Source of the DNA: a virus
Virus record (IMG/VR): IMGVR_UViG_3300037307_000191
Span: 12,357-76,356 of that record
DNA length: 64,000 bases
Reading direction: 5' to 3' (one strand)
Part shown: positions 51,163 through 59,928 of the stretch, in pieces
Layout of the letters: each line of letters begins with the position of its first letter
Numbering within the stretch: the stretch's first letter is position 1
The notes under the pieces: model-generated
What the model was told of the DNA's origin: nothing
Seen by the model: only the letters and a program-made list of their open reading frames with translations
Databases searched by the model: none
Position numbers and translations under genes: made by a program

Positions 51163-51351
51163 TCACTTACCTCTATGTTTGCAAGGCATGTTGGGATACA
51201 CTTCGCCTGACTGCACTGCCTGGACCGCCGCATCATGAGACTTATATGTTAATGCGAACTCAATCACGTAGTCTCGATACCAACGATCTTTGAAGGCAGC
51301 GTAGTACTCTTCATTAGTCTTGATGATAACGAAATCGTGATTGATTCTCAT
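51163..51351 (-). CDS. Hypothetical protein
   Basis: MRINHDF after a GAGG RBS. Confidence 0.55.
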   Translation of the reverse strand: MRINHDFVIIKTNEEYYAAFKDRWYRDYVIEFALTYKSHDAAVQAVQSGEVYPNMPCKHRGK

Positions 51352-51352
51352 C

Positions 51353-51694
51353 TCAATCTTCCTCAACGATGAATACAAGTTTGGGCGGGGTCTCTGAAGG
51401 ACTGAATTCACAATCAACTACGATGTAGGCCCACGGGTTCCAGTGATCATAGATCTCAATATGTCCGCCAACGAGATCCTGATTCAGTAACCAGTCTGCT
51501 AGATCCTTGGCCGTCCATCCCGCTTCGGGAATGTTCTGAAAGTGATTGAAGACTTCTGTCTCATCATCACTGACTGATATGTACCACTCACCCGACTGGA
51601 GGCTGATAGGGCCATCGAAATCAGACATACTCATCTGCACTTGCGTGTTGTCAGGCAAGGCAGCCATCTGAAGGACTTGAGCTTCAGTGATCAT
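51353..51694 (-). CDS. Hypothetical protein
   Basis: MITEAQVL start; acidic protein. Confidence 0.55.
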   Translation of the reverse strand: MITEAQVLQMAALPDNTQVQMSMSDFDGPISLQSGEWYISVSDDETEVFNHFQNIPEAGWTAKDLADWLLNQDLVGGHIEIYDHWNPWAYIVVDCEFSPSETPPKLVFIVEED

Positions 51695-51902
51695 CAACCT
51701 GCTCCTTCGACACCATTTCGGGTAACAAAAGTTCTTTATTCTGAATGGCTTCGCCAATGAATGACATGACGGACACCATAGCAGCATCCCAGCAGAGAGC
51801 TGCAAAGTCTTTGAAAGACTGCTCATCTTCCGGCTTGAACATCGACTTACTGACAGTCTCTTCCCAGAACTCTTCAAACGCAACCATATTCTCAATCTTC
51901 AT
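51684..51902 (-). CDS. Hypothetical protein
   Basis: MKIENMV after an AGGAG RBS. Confidence 0.55.
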   Translation of the reverse strand: MKIENMVAFEEFWEETVSKSMFKPEDEQSFKDFAALCWDAAMVSVMSFIGEAIQNKELLLPEMVSKEQVDDH

Positions 51903-52174
51903 ATTTGCACTCCTGGAGAGGTGAAAGGATAGGGATTGTTCACTTGATCTCTTAAAGCAGCCCGTTTGATATCTTCGAAGCTGACCCACTCACCGTCATC
52001 ATCTTCATCGAAAGACAGATTGGCATTAGCTTCGCCTGCATTCCACAGTTTGACAGATACGCGTTGCACGTTAGCCGGAGCTTGTTCAGCAGGAACATAA
52101 CAGCCATCCGGATGTCGTTCGATTGTCAAGAAGCCGTCGAAATCAACAAAAATATCAAAACGATCAAGGGTCAT
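51899..52174 (-). CDS. Early hypothetical protein
   Basis: First gene after an early promoter; start uncertain. Confidence 0.55.
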   Translation of the reverse strand: MTLDRFDIFVDFDGFLTIERHPDGCYVPAEQAPANVQRVSVKLWNAGEANANLSFDEDDDGEWVSFEDIKRAALRDQVNNPYPFTSPGVQI

Positions 52175-52216
52175 GGAATGAACGCTCCAAGTTAGGCTGA
52201 TTGACATTGCTATTGT

Positions 52217-52257
52217 ATTATAGCATCCTCGCACCACAAAGTCAACCAGTTTCTAAA
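52217..52257 (-). promoter_or_regulatory. Early promoter copy 3 (TTGACT-N17-TATAAT)
   Basis: Same element as at 40784. Confidence 0.85.
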
Positions 52258-52492
52258 CATCGTACTTCAGTTGATACGATCCAGCGAGAGATCTCTTGCA
52301 CAACTCCACAAGCATTCTCGTTGCAGCAATCGCCTGACCATCGTTCCTGAAAGAGAATATGGCGATAGCCCAACCTTCGACCTCCGGATAGACCCACTCA
52401 AAACAAGCCCCAGTCTGATAGCAGATCTCATGACAGCCATCAGCTAGGGTGTTGTAGTCATTGTGTTCAGCAAGAGAGATGTGAAGTTCCAC
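52253..52492 (-). CDS. Hypothetical protein
   Basis: 79-aa ORF with a GGAGG RBS. Confidence 0.5.
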   Translation of the reverse strand: MELHISLAEHNDYNTLADGCHEICYQTGACFEWVYPEVEGWAIAIFSFRNDGQAIAATRMLVELCKRSLAGSYQLKYDV

Positions 52493-53033
52493 TCGTCGCC
52501 TCCAGCGTTAACTTAGTGAGTATCTCATCCTTGCCCCACGGCGCATGATCCGGACTGAGATCAACGCCGATGTCTTGCATGTTCTTCAGAGGAACTCGAA
52601 CCTTGTTGCCGTGGCAGTGCCCGTGAAAGTGAAAGGATCCGTAACGATCCTTGTTCCAGGATTGAAGTGGATAGTGGCATAGAACGATGAGTGAAGTGTG
52701 TCCTTGAAACTGTACCTCGACCTCATGATAACCACGGAAGATAGCTCTCCACTTATCTCTGAACTCCTGATGCTTCATGTGACGAACATCATGGTTGCCA
52801 GTAATAAGAACCTTCTTACCGTGTAACCTGTCGAGGATCTCGTAAGACTTCTCTATAGCTCCAAAGGCAAAGTCACCTAAACTAAACACCGTGTCTTCGG
52901 ATTTTACTCTCTCATTCCAAACCTTGATAAGATGTTCATCATGATCATCAACAGTATCAAACTTACGATTGGGACAGTACTTCAAGATATTCTGATGACA
53001 AAAATGCTGATCAGATGTGAACCAGATAGCCAT
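52467..53033 (-). CDS. Calcineurin-like metallophosphoesterase
   Basis: SDQHFCH, LGDF, GNHD, LCHYP, HGHCH, DIGVD. Confidence 0.92.
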   Translation of the reverse strand: MAIWFTSDQHFCHQNILKYCPNRKFDTVDDHDEHLIKVWNERVKSEDTVFSLGDFAFGAIEKSYEILDRLHGKKVLITGNHDVRHMKHQEFRDKWRAIFRGYHEVEVQFQGHTSLIVLCHYPLQSWNKDRYGSFHFHGHCHGNKVRVPLKNMQDIGVDLSPDHAPWGKDEILTKLTLEATSGTSHLSC

Positions 53034-53036
53034 AAT

Positions 53037-53703
53037 TTACTCCTCACAAAATTTTAGGTGATACCACATTCTATTCACCCCGATGAGCCTTCCACAGTGT
53101 CTACACTCAACCTTTGGTTTTGGACCGGATCCATTTCTATTGCCGATGCCTTTCCCTTTTCTATTCTGACGCATTGCTTCACACTCAGAGGCTGTATGTT
53201 TTCTTCCATAGTTACCATTCCTCTCACCACTATTCGCGTCACTGTTTTTCTTTCTATGTTCGATTGATTGTATTTTTCCTTTTCCTGCCTCACTCATTTT
53301 TCTTCGTGATTCAATTGAAACTTCATGACCCATCAATCCTGAACTAACTTTTGAACCAAATCCTTCAGGCTTAGGTTTACGAAGTTTGTCTTTCATCTCT
53401 TCTGACATAGGTCCTGGCTGCCATCCATCAACTCCGTTTTCCTCTTTGAGGTTGGCCCATAGTTCGCTCTTGACAATATCATTTTCTCGACTGAATCGAA
53501 GCGCTGCCTCTGTACATGCTTCTTCGCTTTCAAAGAAACCGATGACTTCTGTTGAAACATCATTGCCGTGAACTTTAAGATGTCGAGTCCAGAACAAACC
53601 TGAACCTGAATACTTCAAAGGATCTTGTACTGTCTTACCAAAGTACTTCAAACCGTGTTTGATTGTGTGTTTTAACGTACAGATAGGTTGGTTTGAAAGG
53701 CAT
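53037..53703 (-). CDS. Seg-like GIY-YIG homing endonuclease; +1 shift at CGG (53655)
   Basis: MPFKPTYLYVKTHNQT[CGGT]LKYFGKT...YSGSG.FW..HLK.HG...WANLKEENG; NUMOD3 repeats; C-terminal Zn finger. Confidence 0.85.
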
Positions 53704-53705
53704 GG

Positions 53706-53945
53706 TTACTTGACATTCCTTGTTAGATGCAGGAGAGTTCCATCTCCTGCAGATGGCGCTATGTGAGTCAATCGCTGTCCATTGTAATTATAAGGGACGC
53801 TACCGCAAATAGGAGATCCTGTAGGTGTAATGACAGAGTGGGCGCATTCAGGATTCTCTCGAATCTTGTTCTGTAGTGCCCACTCTATCCACCAGCCGAT
53901 CTCCATAGGATCCCAAATGGAGATCCAGAAGCTGGTTTGTTTCAT
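53706..53945 (-). CDS. Hypothetical protein
   Basis: ATGA-coupled 79-aa ORF. Confidence 0.5.
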   Translation of the reverse strand: MKQTSFWISIWDPMEIGWWIEWALQNKIRENPECAHSVITPTGSPICGSVPYNYNGQRLTHIAPSAGDGTLLHLTRNVK

Positions 53946-54241
53946 ACGCCGATTGGAGAGAGATCTTCCTCCAGAGCCTCCAACAGAGCCGGACGGCGAA
54001 CCCTAGGAGTATTCCTGAAGAGATTCTTGATGGACTTACTGATCCTCTTCAGGCTGAAGCTGTGCAGTTTGCGCTGCACCCAGTGGCCGTTCACGATGTT
54101 GGACAGTGCGTCGAAGTTCTCCGCGTAGTTCTCCATCTCATGCAGCTTACGAGCCCAGACGCCCTCAGTGGTCGTGTCATTCTGAGAGTGGGCCTTAGTC
54201 ATAGCCAAACGATGGATCCTACGGACTTGTTTGCCATTCAT
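53942..54241 (-). CDS. Hypothetical basic protein
   Basis: MNGKQVRR after a GAGG RBS. Confidence 0.55.
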   Translation of the reverse strand: MNGKQVRRIHRLAMTKAHSQNDTTTEGVWARKLHEMENYAENFDALSNIVNGHWVQRKLHSFSLKRISKSIKNLFRNTPRVRRPALLEALEEDLSPIGV

Positions 54242-54257
54242 AACGAATACCTCTAGG

Positions 54258-54495
54258 TTAAGGGATAGATCTCCACTTAGGAGGGTTATCAGGACACTGG
54301 CTTTGGCGATACTTCGCCTTAGCTTTGACAAAACATCCACAAAGAGAACAGTTACCTCCGTGTCATCGGAATGATGTTCTTGTGATGCTCGCACTGCATA
54401 CAGATAGATACTCGATCTATGTACGTCTGTTGATCGACGTGTAGGGCCTCTCCTAAGATTTCATCTTTGATAACATCAAGTATATTGTAAGCCAC
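54258..54495 (-). CDS. Cys-rich zinc-binding protein (DUF6171-like); +1 shift at CGG (54360)
   Basis: MAYNILD...RVSICMQCEH...PMT[CGGA]GNCSLCGCFVKAKAKYRQSQCPDNPPKW; absent from the ORF track. Confidence 0.75.
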
Positions 54496-54509
54496 CTGTC
54501 ACCTCAAAG

Positions 54510-54689
54510 TTAGAAATGTGTTTCGCATCTGGTACCCGCGGCTGATGTTTCCAGTGTCTGCTGAAAATCATACTCTTGTAGACCTTTCCAGCCCACCTTC
54601 GGCATCCAGAAGTTACATTTGATTGGAGTGAATGCACACCCACTCAAACACAAGCAGAGTGCCAGAACAACACATCGAATCAACTTCAC
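54510..54689 (-). CDS. Small lipoprotein (possible o-spanin)
   Basis: MKLIRCVVLALCLCLSGC lipobox; 59 aa; abuts the upstream holin-like gene. Confidence 0.6.
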   Translation of the reverse strand: MKLIRCVVLALCLCLSGCAFTPIKCNFWMPKVGWKGLQEYDFQQTLETSAAGTRCETHF

Positions 54690-54932
54690 TTATCCCTTCT
54701 TGAACACACCAGTGTTATTGTACAGCGCAACTGCACTCGTGATGATCTTCTCAACCATCCCCCAGACGTTTACGATATCGGGATAGACGGCTGTGAGTGA
54801 CTCACGAATGAATGCAAGTTTGTCTTTGCCCTTGCCTTCTTCAGGGATAGCAGCCTCAACGGCTTTGATCATCTCAAGAATGATTGGGACGAGTTGTAGG
54901 ATCATTTTGATAGTTTGTAGCATTGGATTCAC
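54690..54932 (-). CDS. Holin-like protein
   Basis: AVEAAIPEEGKGKDKL...I.SAVALYN.TGVFKK pattern resembles phage holin-like proteins. Confidence 0.5.
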   Translation of the reverse strand: MNPMLQTIKMILQLVPIILEMIKAVEAAIPEEGKGKDKLAFIRESLTAVYPDIVNVWGMVEKIITSAVALYNNTGVFKKG

Positions 54933-54955
54933 CTCTGTTTGGTTGAATGTTCTTT

Positions 54956-55163
54956 CTATTTATTGAGACGCAGGGTGTCCAACTTCAAGAGTAGCATATT
55001 GAGATTGAATGCTGATGGACAACGAAAGACACGCTTAGTCTTCCCGTTTGTTGCAGCCACACCCGTCAGGGACAACTTCAGTTAAGAGCGTGTCTTTGTT
55101 CTCTCGTATCAGCTGTTCGAGATCCCTGAAGATGGCGAGTTCTTTTTGTTCGGTTTCAGTCAT
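54956..55163 (-). CDS. Hypothetical protein; +1 shift at CGG (55046)
   Basis: MTETEQKEL...DGCGCNK[CGGG]KTKRVFRCPSAF...LNK*; the shifted frame fills an otherwise empty gap up to the next gene. Confidence 0.6.
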
Positions 55164-55312
55164 TAGTTCTCCTCATCTGGGTCAGCGAGGAGATGCATCC
55201 ACATCCAATCTTGGCCAGTGACATACAACCAGTAGGATCTTCGATACATCTCATTTGACCACACCCAGTACCAAGCAAGTGCGTAGCAGATTTTGTTTAT
55301 GATTTTGTCCAT
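55163..55312 (-). CDS. Small Trp-rich hypothetical protein (49 aa)
   Basis: MDKIINKICYALAWYWVW...; TAATG-coupled to the next gene. Confidence 0.45.
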   Translation of the reverse strand: MDKIINKICYALAWYWVWSNEMYRRSYWLYVTGQDWMWMHLLADPDEEN

Positions 55313-55324
55313 AGTCTCGGTTCC

Positions 55325-55354
55325 GCTCCTGGGAGTGTTGATCGCCCCCAGGAG
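55325..55354. terminator. GC stem-loop after the DUF932 gene
   Basis: gctcctggg...cccaggagc inverted repeat; no strong U tract. Confidence 0.5.
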
Positions 55355-55364
55355 CTGTGGTAGG

Positions 55365-56342
55365 TTAGCAGATAGCTAAGAGGTCGTTCAGAGCTTTGTT
55401 CTTCACTCCATCATTCTCGTAGTAAGCAGCCTGGAAGGCCCAGTCCGGGCTCTTGCGGCCCGAGCCGTGAGTGTACATGTTGGTGACCGCATTGAGGGCG
55501 CCGTATGCGGATCCATAACTGAATTCCGCACCAGGTCCGTTGGCATAGAGATCCATCAGTTGAACGACACGACGTTGTACTCCCCACCCCTGATCCGCAG
55601 CCTCTTTCTTCGGATCAAAGAAGGTCTTCTGGAAGAATTTCTTAACTTCGTCGTCGGACATCTGACGCTCGCTGAGAGATTTGAGATCTTCCATGAACCC
55701 ATCCCAGCTCGAACTGAGCAATCCGAGATCAATCTTGGCTTGATTGCTATCCCATACGCTCTTGTGCGTCTTTCGTACGACAGTCTTTCCGGATTCCGCC
55801 AGAGCAACGGCTAGCGTGTTGTTACAGACCACACGAGTGCTGACAAACTTAGCCGTACTGCTCATCGTGCCGTCGACACTGGTCATGAACAGGAGATGGG
55901 CTTTGATTTCGTCTCCTTTGATCACTTGGCCTTCCATACCCGTTTCAGCCAAGGCCCAGAAGCGCTGCCCGCCGAAGAGACAGCCTGCCGTACTCAGAAC
56001 CATGCCGTGTTGTGCGACCAGATCACGGAAGAACTCTAACACCTCAGTCGGCTGGACGACTTTGAAGTCGGATCCCACGATACTGAGTGACCTTCCGGTG
56101 TCGCTACGATACAGAGCCTTGCGATTGGGAAAGATCTTGACGCTGGGGATTCCCAAGGAACTGAGGCTGTCATAGCTGATCGGCGATTCTTTGGCTTCCC
56201 AATCCATCCCCGCCTCGATCCTCCAGACCTCAATAGGGGATCCTGGAGTTAGCTCGCTGCCCAATCCGTGCCAGATGGCGCTGCGCGATCCTGTGAACGC
56301 CATATTGGCGCGTCCGTTACTCATATCAATTTCGTGTGACAT
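55365..56342 (-). CDS. DUF932 (phage/plasmid-like TIGR03299) protein
   Basis: WHGLG, ALYRSDTG, EFFRDLV, TAGCLFGG, RVVCNNTL, GALNAVT. Confidence 0.9.
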   Translation of the reverse strand: MSHEIDMSNGRANMAFTGSRSAIWHGLGSELTPGSPIEVWRIEAGMDWEAKESPISYDSLSSLGIPSVKIFPNRKALYRSDTGRSLSIVGSDFKVVQPTEVLEFFRDLVAQHGMVLSTAGCLFGGQRFWALAETGMEGQVIKGDEIKAHLLFMTSVDGTMSSTAKFVSTRVVCNNTLAVALAESGKTVVRKTHKSVWDSNQAKIDLGLLSSSWDGFMEDLKSLSERQMSDDEVKKFFQKTFFDPKKEAADQGWGVQRRVVQLMDLYANGPGAEFSYGSAYGALNAVTNMYTHGSGRKSPDWAFQAAYYENDGVKNKALNDLLAIC

Positions 56343-56391
56343 AGAATTACTCCTTCATGATGAAAGGGGGCTAACCCGCCCCCGATTAGTG

Positions 56392-56664
56392 TTATTCGTC
56401 GACCGTGAAAGTGGCCCAGAAGTGACTCTGCTGGGACAGGGGAGCACCGCCGCGGAAGTCGGCATAGTGGTTTCCGTGGTCAACCATCGTGTGCTTGATA
56501 CCCGCTTGGGTCAGCCGAGCATCGACCTCATGGGAGAGCTTATCAGACGACCTACCGTGGGTGTAGAAGTACCCTTGGTAGACTTTGAAGATGCCCTTGC
56601 GCTTGGAGACCTGGTCAAAACCAACGATTTCGTGGAGAGTGGAAGAGGTGTGTTTAGTGGCCAT
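56392..56664 (-). CDS. Early hypothetical protein
   Basis: MATKHTSS after a GGAG RBS; first gene after an early promoter; in-frame CGG at 56515. Confidence 0.65.
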   Translation of the reverse strand: MATKHTSSTLHEIVGFDQVSKRKGIFKVYQGYFYTHGRSSDKLSHEVDARLTQAGIKHTMVDHGNHYADFRGGAPLSQQSHFWATFTVDE

Positions 56665-56704
56665 TTGAGACTCCGAGGTTGATGTTGACTGACTTTGTAA
56701 ACAT

Positions 56705-56755
56705 ATTATAGCATCTGGGAACCGAAAAGTCAACCGTGTACCTAAAATAATTTTA
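56705..56755 (-). promoter_or_regulatory. Early promoter copy 4 (TTGACT-N17-TATAAT)
   Basis: Same element as at 40784. Confidence 0.85.
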
Positions 56756-56761
56756 CGGGTC

Positions 56762-56950
56762 CTATGCTAATCTGGAGCTCCGGCCTTTCCACAGGTCGGT
56801 ATCCATAGGGATGCGATGCCCGAAGACTGCAAAGTATCCGACGAACAGAAAAGACAGAACGATTGATCCGATGAAGACTATCGGGAACTTGATGTACAGA
56901 AAGATCATCAGAACAACGTAGCACAGTAGAACAAAGCCTGCAAGGTTCAT
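56762..56950 (-). CDS. Small membrane protein
   Basis: Two hydrophobic segments; GAGGAG RBS. Confidence 0.6.
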   Translation of the reverse strand: MNLAGFVLLCYVVLMIFLYIKFPIVFIGSIVLSFLFVGYFAVFGHRIPMDTDLWKGRSSRLA

Positions 56951-56960
56951 AGTAATCTCC

Positions 56961-57398
56961 TCAGTGAGTTTGTTGTTTGGCGATGGCGTCTACACTATCG
57001 ATCTCATAGGTCGAGTGACCACGAATCCATTCAAACTTGATGTTGTGTTGAGTGGATAGATGATCTAGACGCTCCCACAGGTCTTGATTCAAGACTCGTT
57101 TGTTTGTTGATGTTACCCAGTTGTTCTTCTTCCATCCTCGGATCCACTTTGTGATCCCGTTGACCACATACTGGCTGTCGCTGTACAGTGTCGCTGTTTC
57201 TCCAGCGACCAGCATCTCGATTCCACTGATTGCAGCAGTCAGTTCCATGCGGTTGTTTGTCGTGGCCGGGTTACTCCCACACACGGTCAACTCTTTTGGT
57301 CCTCTTCGTATCATCGCCGCCCAGCCACCCTTTCCAGGATTGCCTGAGCAGGCGCCATCCGTCCAGATCTGTATCTCTGTCATCTCTTCACCTCTCAT
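56961..57398 (-). CDS. rnhA: Ribonuclease HI
   Basis: TDGACSGNPG, TTNNRMELTA, DSQYV, WKKNNW, WIRGH. Confidence 0.93.
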   Translation of the reverse strand: MRGEEMTEIQIWTDGACSGNPGKGGWAAMIRRGPKELTVCGSNPATTNNRMELTAAISGIEMLVAGETATLYSDSQYVVNGITKWIRGWKKNNWVTSTNKRVLNQDLWERLDHLSTQHNIKFEWIRGHSTYEIDSVDAIAKQQTH

Positions 57399-57775
57399 TG
57401 CACTTTCATCTCAAAGGTGCTACCATCAGGGTTGGTCACGACGTAAGTTTTGTTGCCGATGTAGACTGGTTGTGGATCCCTAAACACATTCTTTTCAATC
57501 ATACGTCTGACGAGAGGTGTTAGGATCTTTTGTGCTTCTTCGAATCGTGGAGCAAGCGTGTGCGGCATTCGCCAGGCCCAATGAACTGGAACTGTCCAGC
57601 GTGGGTCGCGATACAACTCACGCAGGATGATGTTGTGGAAGAACTTCAACCAATCGTGTGTGCCAACTTTGGGACAAGTTAACAGCTTCCAGTTAGTATC
57701 AGTGATCTTTGCAAGCATACATGCAACGTCATAGCTGACATCCGCGATGTAAACCTTTGGCATGTGAAATGTCAT
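57395..57775 (-). CDS. Hypothetical protein
   Basis: MTFHMPKV after a GAGG RBS; coupled to rnhA. Confidence 0.55.
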   Translation of the reverse strand: MTFHMPKVYIADVSYDVACMLAKITDTNWKLLTCPKVGTHDWLKFFHNIILRELYRDPRWTVPVHWAWRMPHTLAPRFEEAQKILTPLVRRMIEKNVFRDPQPVYIGNKTYVVTNPDGSTFEMKVQ

Positions 57776-57965
57776 GTGTATTCCTCTGAGGTTGAAATTC
57801 TTCAAAGTACACTTTGGCTCTGTGAAATCGTGCCCATCGCCAGACATCAGTGGCTGTCTTGTTGAGCAGTACAGTGATGTCAGTCTCATCCACGAATTCG
57901 TAGTTTTTGATTGTAACTCTATGTCGGGCTTGCTCTGTGACTAGGATCAGTGTTTCGGTTAGCAT
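57729..57965 (-). CDS. Hypothetical protein
   Basis: GAGGTG RBS; 78 aa. Confidence 0.5.
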   Translation of the reverse strand: MLTETLILVTEQARHRVTIKNYEFVDETDITVLLNKTATDVWRWARFHRAKVYFEEFQPQRNTHDISHAKGLHRGCQL

Positions 57966-57973
57966 ACATCACC

Positions 57974-59035
57974 TCAAGCAGCCCTTTGATTGTGCCAGTG
58001 ACGTATCAGTGTTTCTATCTCTTCGCAACTGCGGGAGATTGCCCAATCCTCTCGGGATAGCTTGCAAATGCCCACAATGAAGTTTTGAACGAAGTCTGTC
58101 ATAAACGCTCCCAGATCTTTCCCATCGAGCCCAGTGATCTGTCTCACTAGTTCGCCATTGAACTTGTCTCTAGCAGCTCTGCTCTTCTGTAACTGACCTT
58201 GAGCCGCTTCGTATTCGCCTCTAAAGTTAGGGAACTTCTTGAACGCCTTAGCCAGCCATTGGAGACGAAGATCACTCTTAGAGATCTGTTCTTCTTCCGG
58301 TACATGATTGGCTGGATCATTCACCCAGTTCAGAAAGAGTTGATAAGTCTTCCTCTTACGGTCGCGTACTCGAGCCTGGTGATTGGTCTCATCGAGTCTA
58401 AAGATGGTGCGGTTGGCGAGTGGAATTGATACAGCATATCGGAAGATGTCTTCGAGAGTGTCGAACCCTTCTGTCCACTTGTAGGTATCATATCCAGCAA
58501 ACTCTAGTGCCTCTATCCAAGAGCGAGTCACTATCACTTCTTTGGCCACATGGCTGGAGTTCTGCTCATCTCGGATCACAAAACTCATCCCAGTGTGCCC
58601 GAGTTTGAATCCTGCCCTGTGAAAGATCCTGCCTAAGAGGTTGCCGAGGTCGTTGTAAGCAAAGTAGCAGAATGCCGAATCGAACTCATCCAATTTCACT
58701 CGGATCAAATCTACTTGAAACAACCTGTCTTTTCCACAAGGCACGGCATAGCTGGTCACTGGCCCGTTGCGTACCATGGCAACCGCATCCAAGACGATCT
58801 TCATCTCATCAGGAGTTGGGATAGCGCTGTCATCGAGGTACTCAGTGTAGATCACATCAAGATCGCCGAATGATGGCTTATTCTTGTAGCTGATGATTTC
58901 AGAGAAGAGACCTCTGGGGCAGTTGCCGCCCATCTTACGAAGTTTGCCAATAGTTTCATTCTGGAAATGAACGAATTCAGGTGCGTCAAGGCGCACCATC
59001 TGTTCTTTGAGTTGGGGGAACGCATTGCCGCCCAT
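57974..59035 (-). CDS. Nucleotidyltransferase-fold protein
   Basis: MGGNAF start, KPSFGDLDV (DxD), FQVDLI, YNDLGNLLG, C-terminal KFNG...TGLDGKDLG. Confidence 0.65.
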   Translation of the reverse strand: MGGNAFPQLKEQMVRLDAPEFVHFQNETIGKLRKMGGNCPRGLFSEIISYKNKPSFGDLDVIYTEYLDDSAIPTPDEMKIVLDAVAMVRNGPVTSYAVPCGKDRLFQVDLIRVKLDEFDSAFCYFAYNDLGNLLGRIFHRAGFKLGHTGMSFVIRDEQNSSHVAKEVIVTRSWIEALEFAGYDTYKWTEGFDTLEDIFRYAVSIPLANRTIFRLDETNHQARVRDRKRKTYQLFLNWVNDPANHVPEEEQISKSDLRLQWLAKAFKKFPNFRGEYEAAQGQLQKSRAARDKFNGELVRQITGLDGKDLGAFMTDFVQNFIVGICKLSREDWAISRSCEEIETLIRHWHNQRAA

Positions 59036-59041
59036 GGTGAT

Positions 59042-59260
59042 TCACCTCACTGAGATAACTTCGTCAACGGTGATGCCCAGCACTTGTTCGCAGTATTCCT
59101 TACCGTAGTGTTGAGCAGTATCCATCTGGAGTGTTGGGGTTATAGGATCCCCATCCCATTCAGGATAGGGCGTTGAACAGTTGAGTTTGATGTAGATTCG
59201 GTCTGTTTGCCCTTTTTGTTCGAGTACAACAACCCTGTCAACATCCAACGAGATCATCAT
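59042..59260 (-). CDS. Hypothetical protein
   Basis: Packed 72-aa ORF. Confidence 0.55.
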   Translation of the reverse strand: MMISLDVDRVVVLEQKGQTDRIYIKLNCSTPYPEWDGDPITPTLQMDTAQHYGKEYCEQVLGITVDEVISVR

Positions 59261-59264
59261 TGCA

Positions 59265-59687
59265 TTAGACTCGATTAGTGGTTACGTCGAAGCTGTTGCT
59301 GACGAGTAGTTCGAACCTCTCAGCGATCTGAGCGTGGCCGTAGCAAGAGTAGTCTGTATGCGTCTTGATACCAACGGCAACATTCGAACTGCGGAACCAG
59401 CTGTTGATCTGACTTACCATGCCACTGATCGCTTCTTGGGAGGCGAGGTAGGCGTCATAGTCGTGTTTGCCGTTTTGGGCATCCATGACCACCTTGTAGT
59501 ACTCACGCAGTTTGGGCAGCGACTTCGCTTCATAGTTGGCCTTTTCCGCGAGGGTGGTCTTGAGTTCCTGGATGACCTTAGTCAACCCTTGAAGGATAGC
59601 AGGAACATCTCGAAACCACCGAGCCTGTTGTTTGGCTTGTTGGGCGTCGATGAAGGCTTCGTAACGAGCTTGTTTGGAGTGCAACAT
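59265..59687 (-). CDS. Early hypothetical protein
   Basis: 140-aa ORF; in-frame CGG at 59619 read as Arg. Confidence 0.6.
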   Translation of the reverse strand: MLHSKQARYEAFIDAQQAKQQARWFRDVPAILQGLTKVIQELKTTLAEKANYEAKSLPKLREYYKVVMDAQNGKHDYDAYLASQEAISGMVSQINSWFRSSNVAVGIKTHTDYSCYGHAQIAERFELLVSNSFDVTTNRV

Positions 59688-59703
59688 CTTACATCCCCTG
59701 AGT

Positions 59704-59895
59704 TTAGAGAGCCATCTCGTTGATGGCGACGATGAGATCGGTGTGCTTCATTACAGGAACCTGGTACAGGTCACCCCTTATCCACTTCGGGACGCAGTAT
59801 ATCACACCCCTTCGGGCCAGCTCGGCGAAGTGGTCGCTCTGGAACTGTACGGTGAAGAGCTCGTCTTCGATGCTGTCAATGATGCGTACGTCCAT
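59704..59895 (-). CDS. Early hypothetical protein
   Basis: MDVRIIDS; first gene after an early promoter. Confidence 0.55.
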   Translation of the reverse strand: MDVRIIDSIEDELFTVQFQSDHFAELARRGVIYCVPKWIRGDLYQVPVMKHTDLIVAINEMAL

Positions 59896-59928
59896 TCTGA
59901 CTACCTTTGATGACCGATTTGTAACCAT

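Noticed and set aside
56780-56782. In-frame CGG near the end of a small membrane gene
   Set aside because: Both readings stop within a few codons (RSSRLA* or GAPD*), so it is uninformative and not counted in either class.
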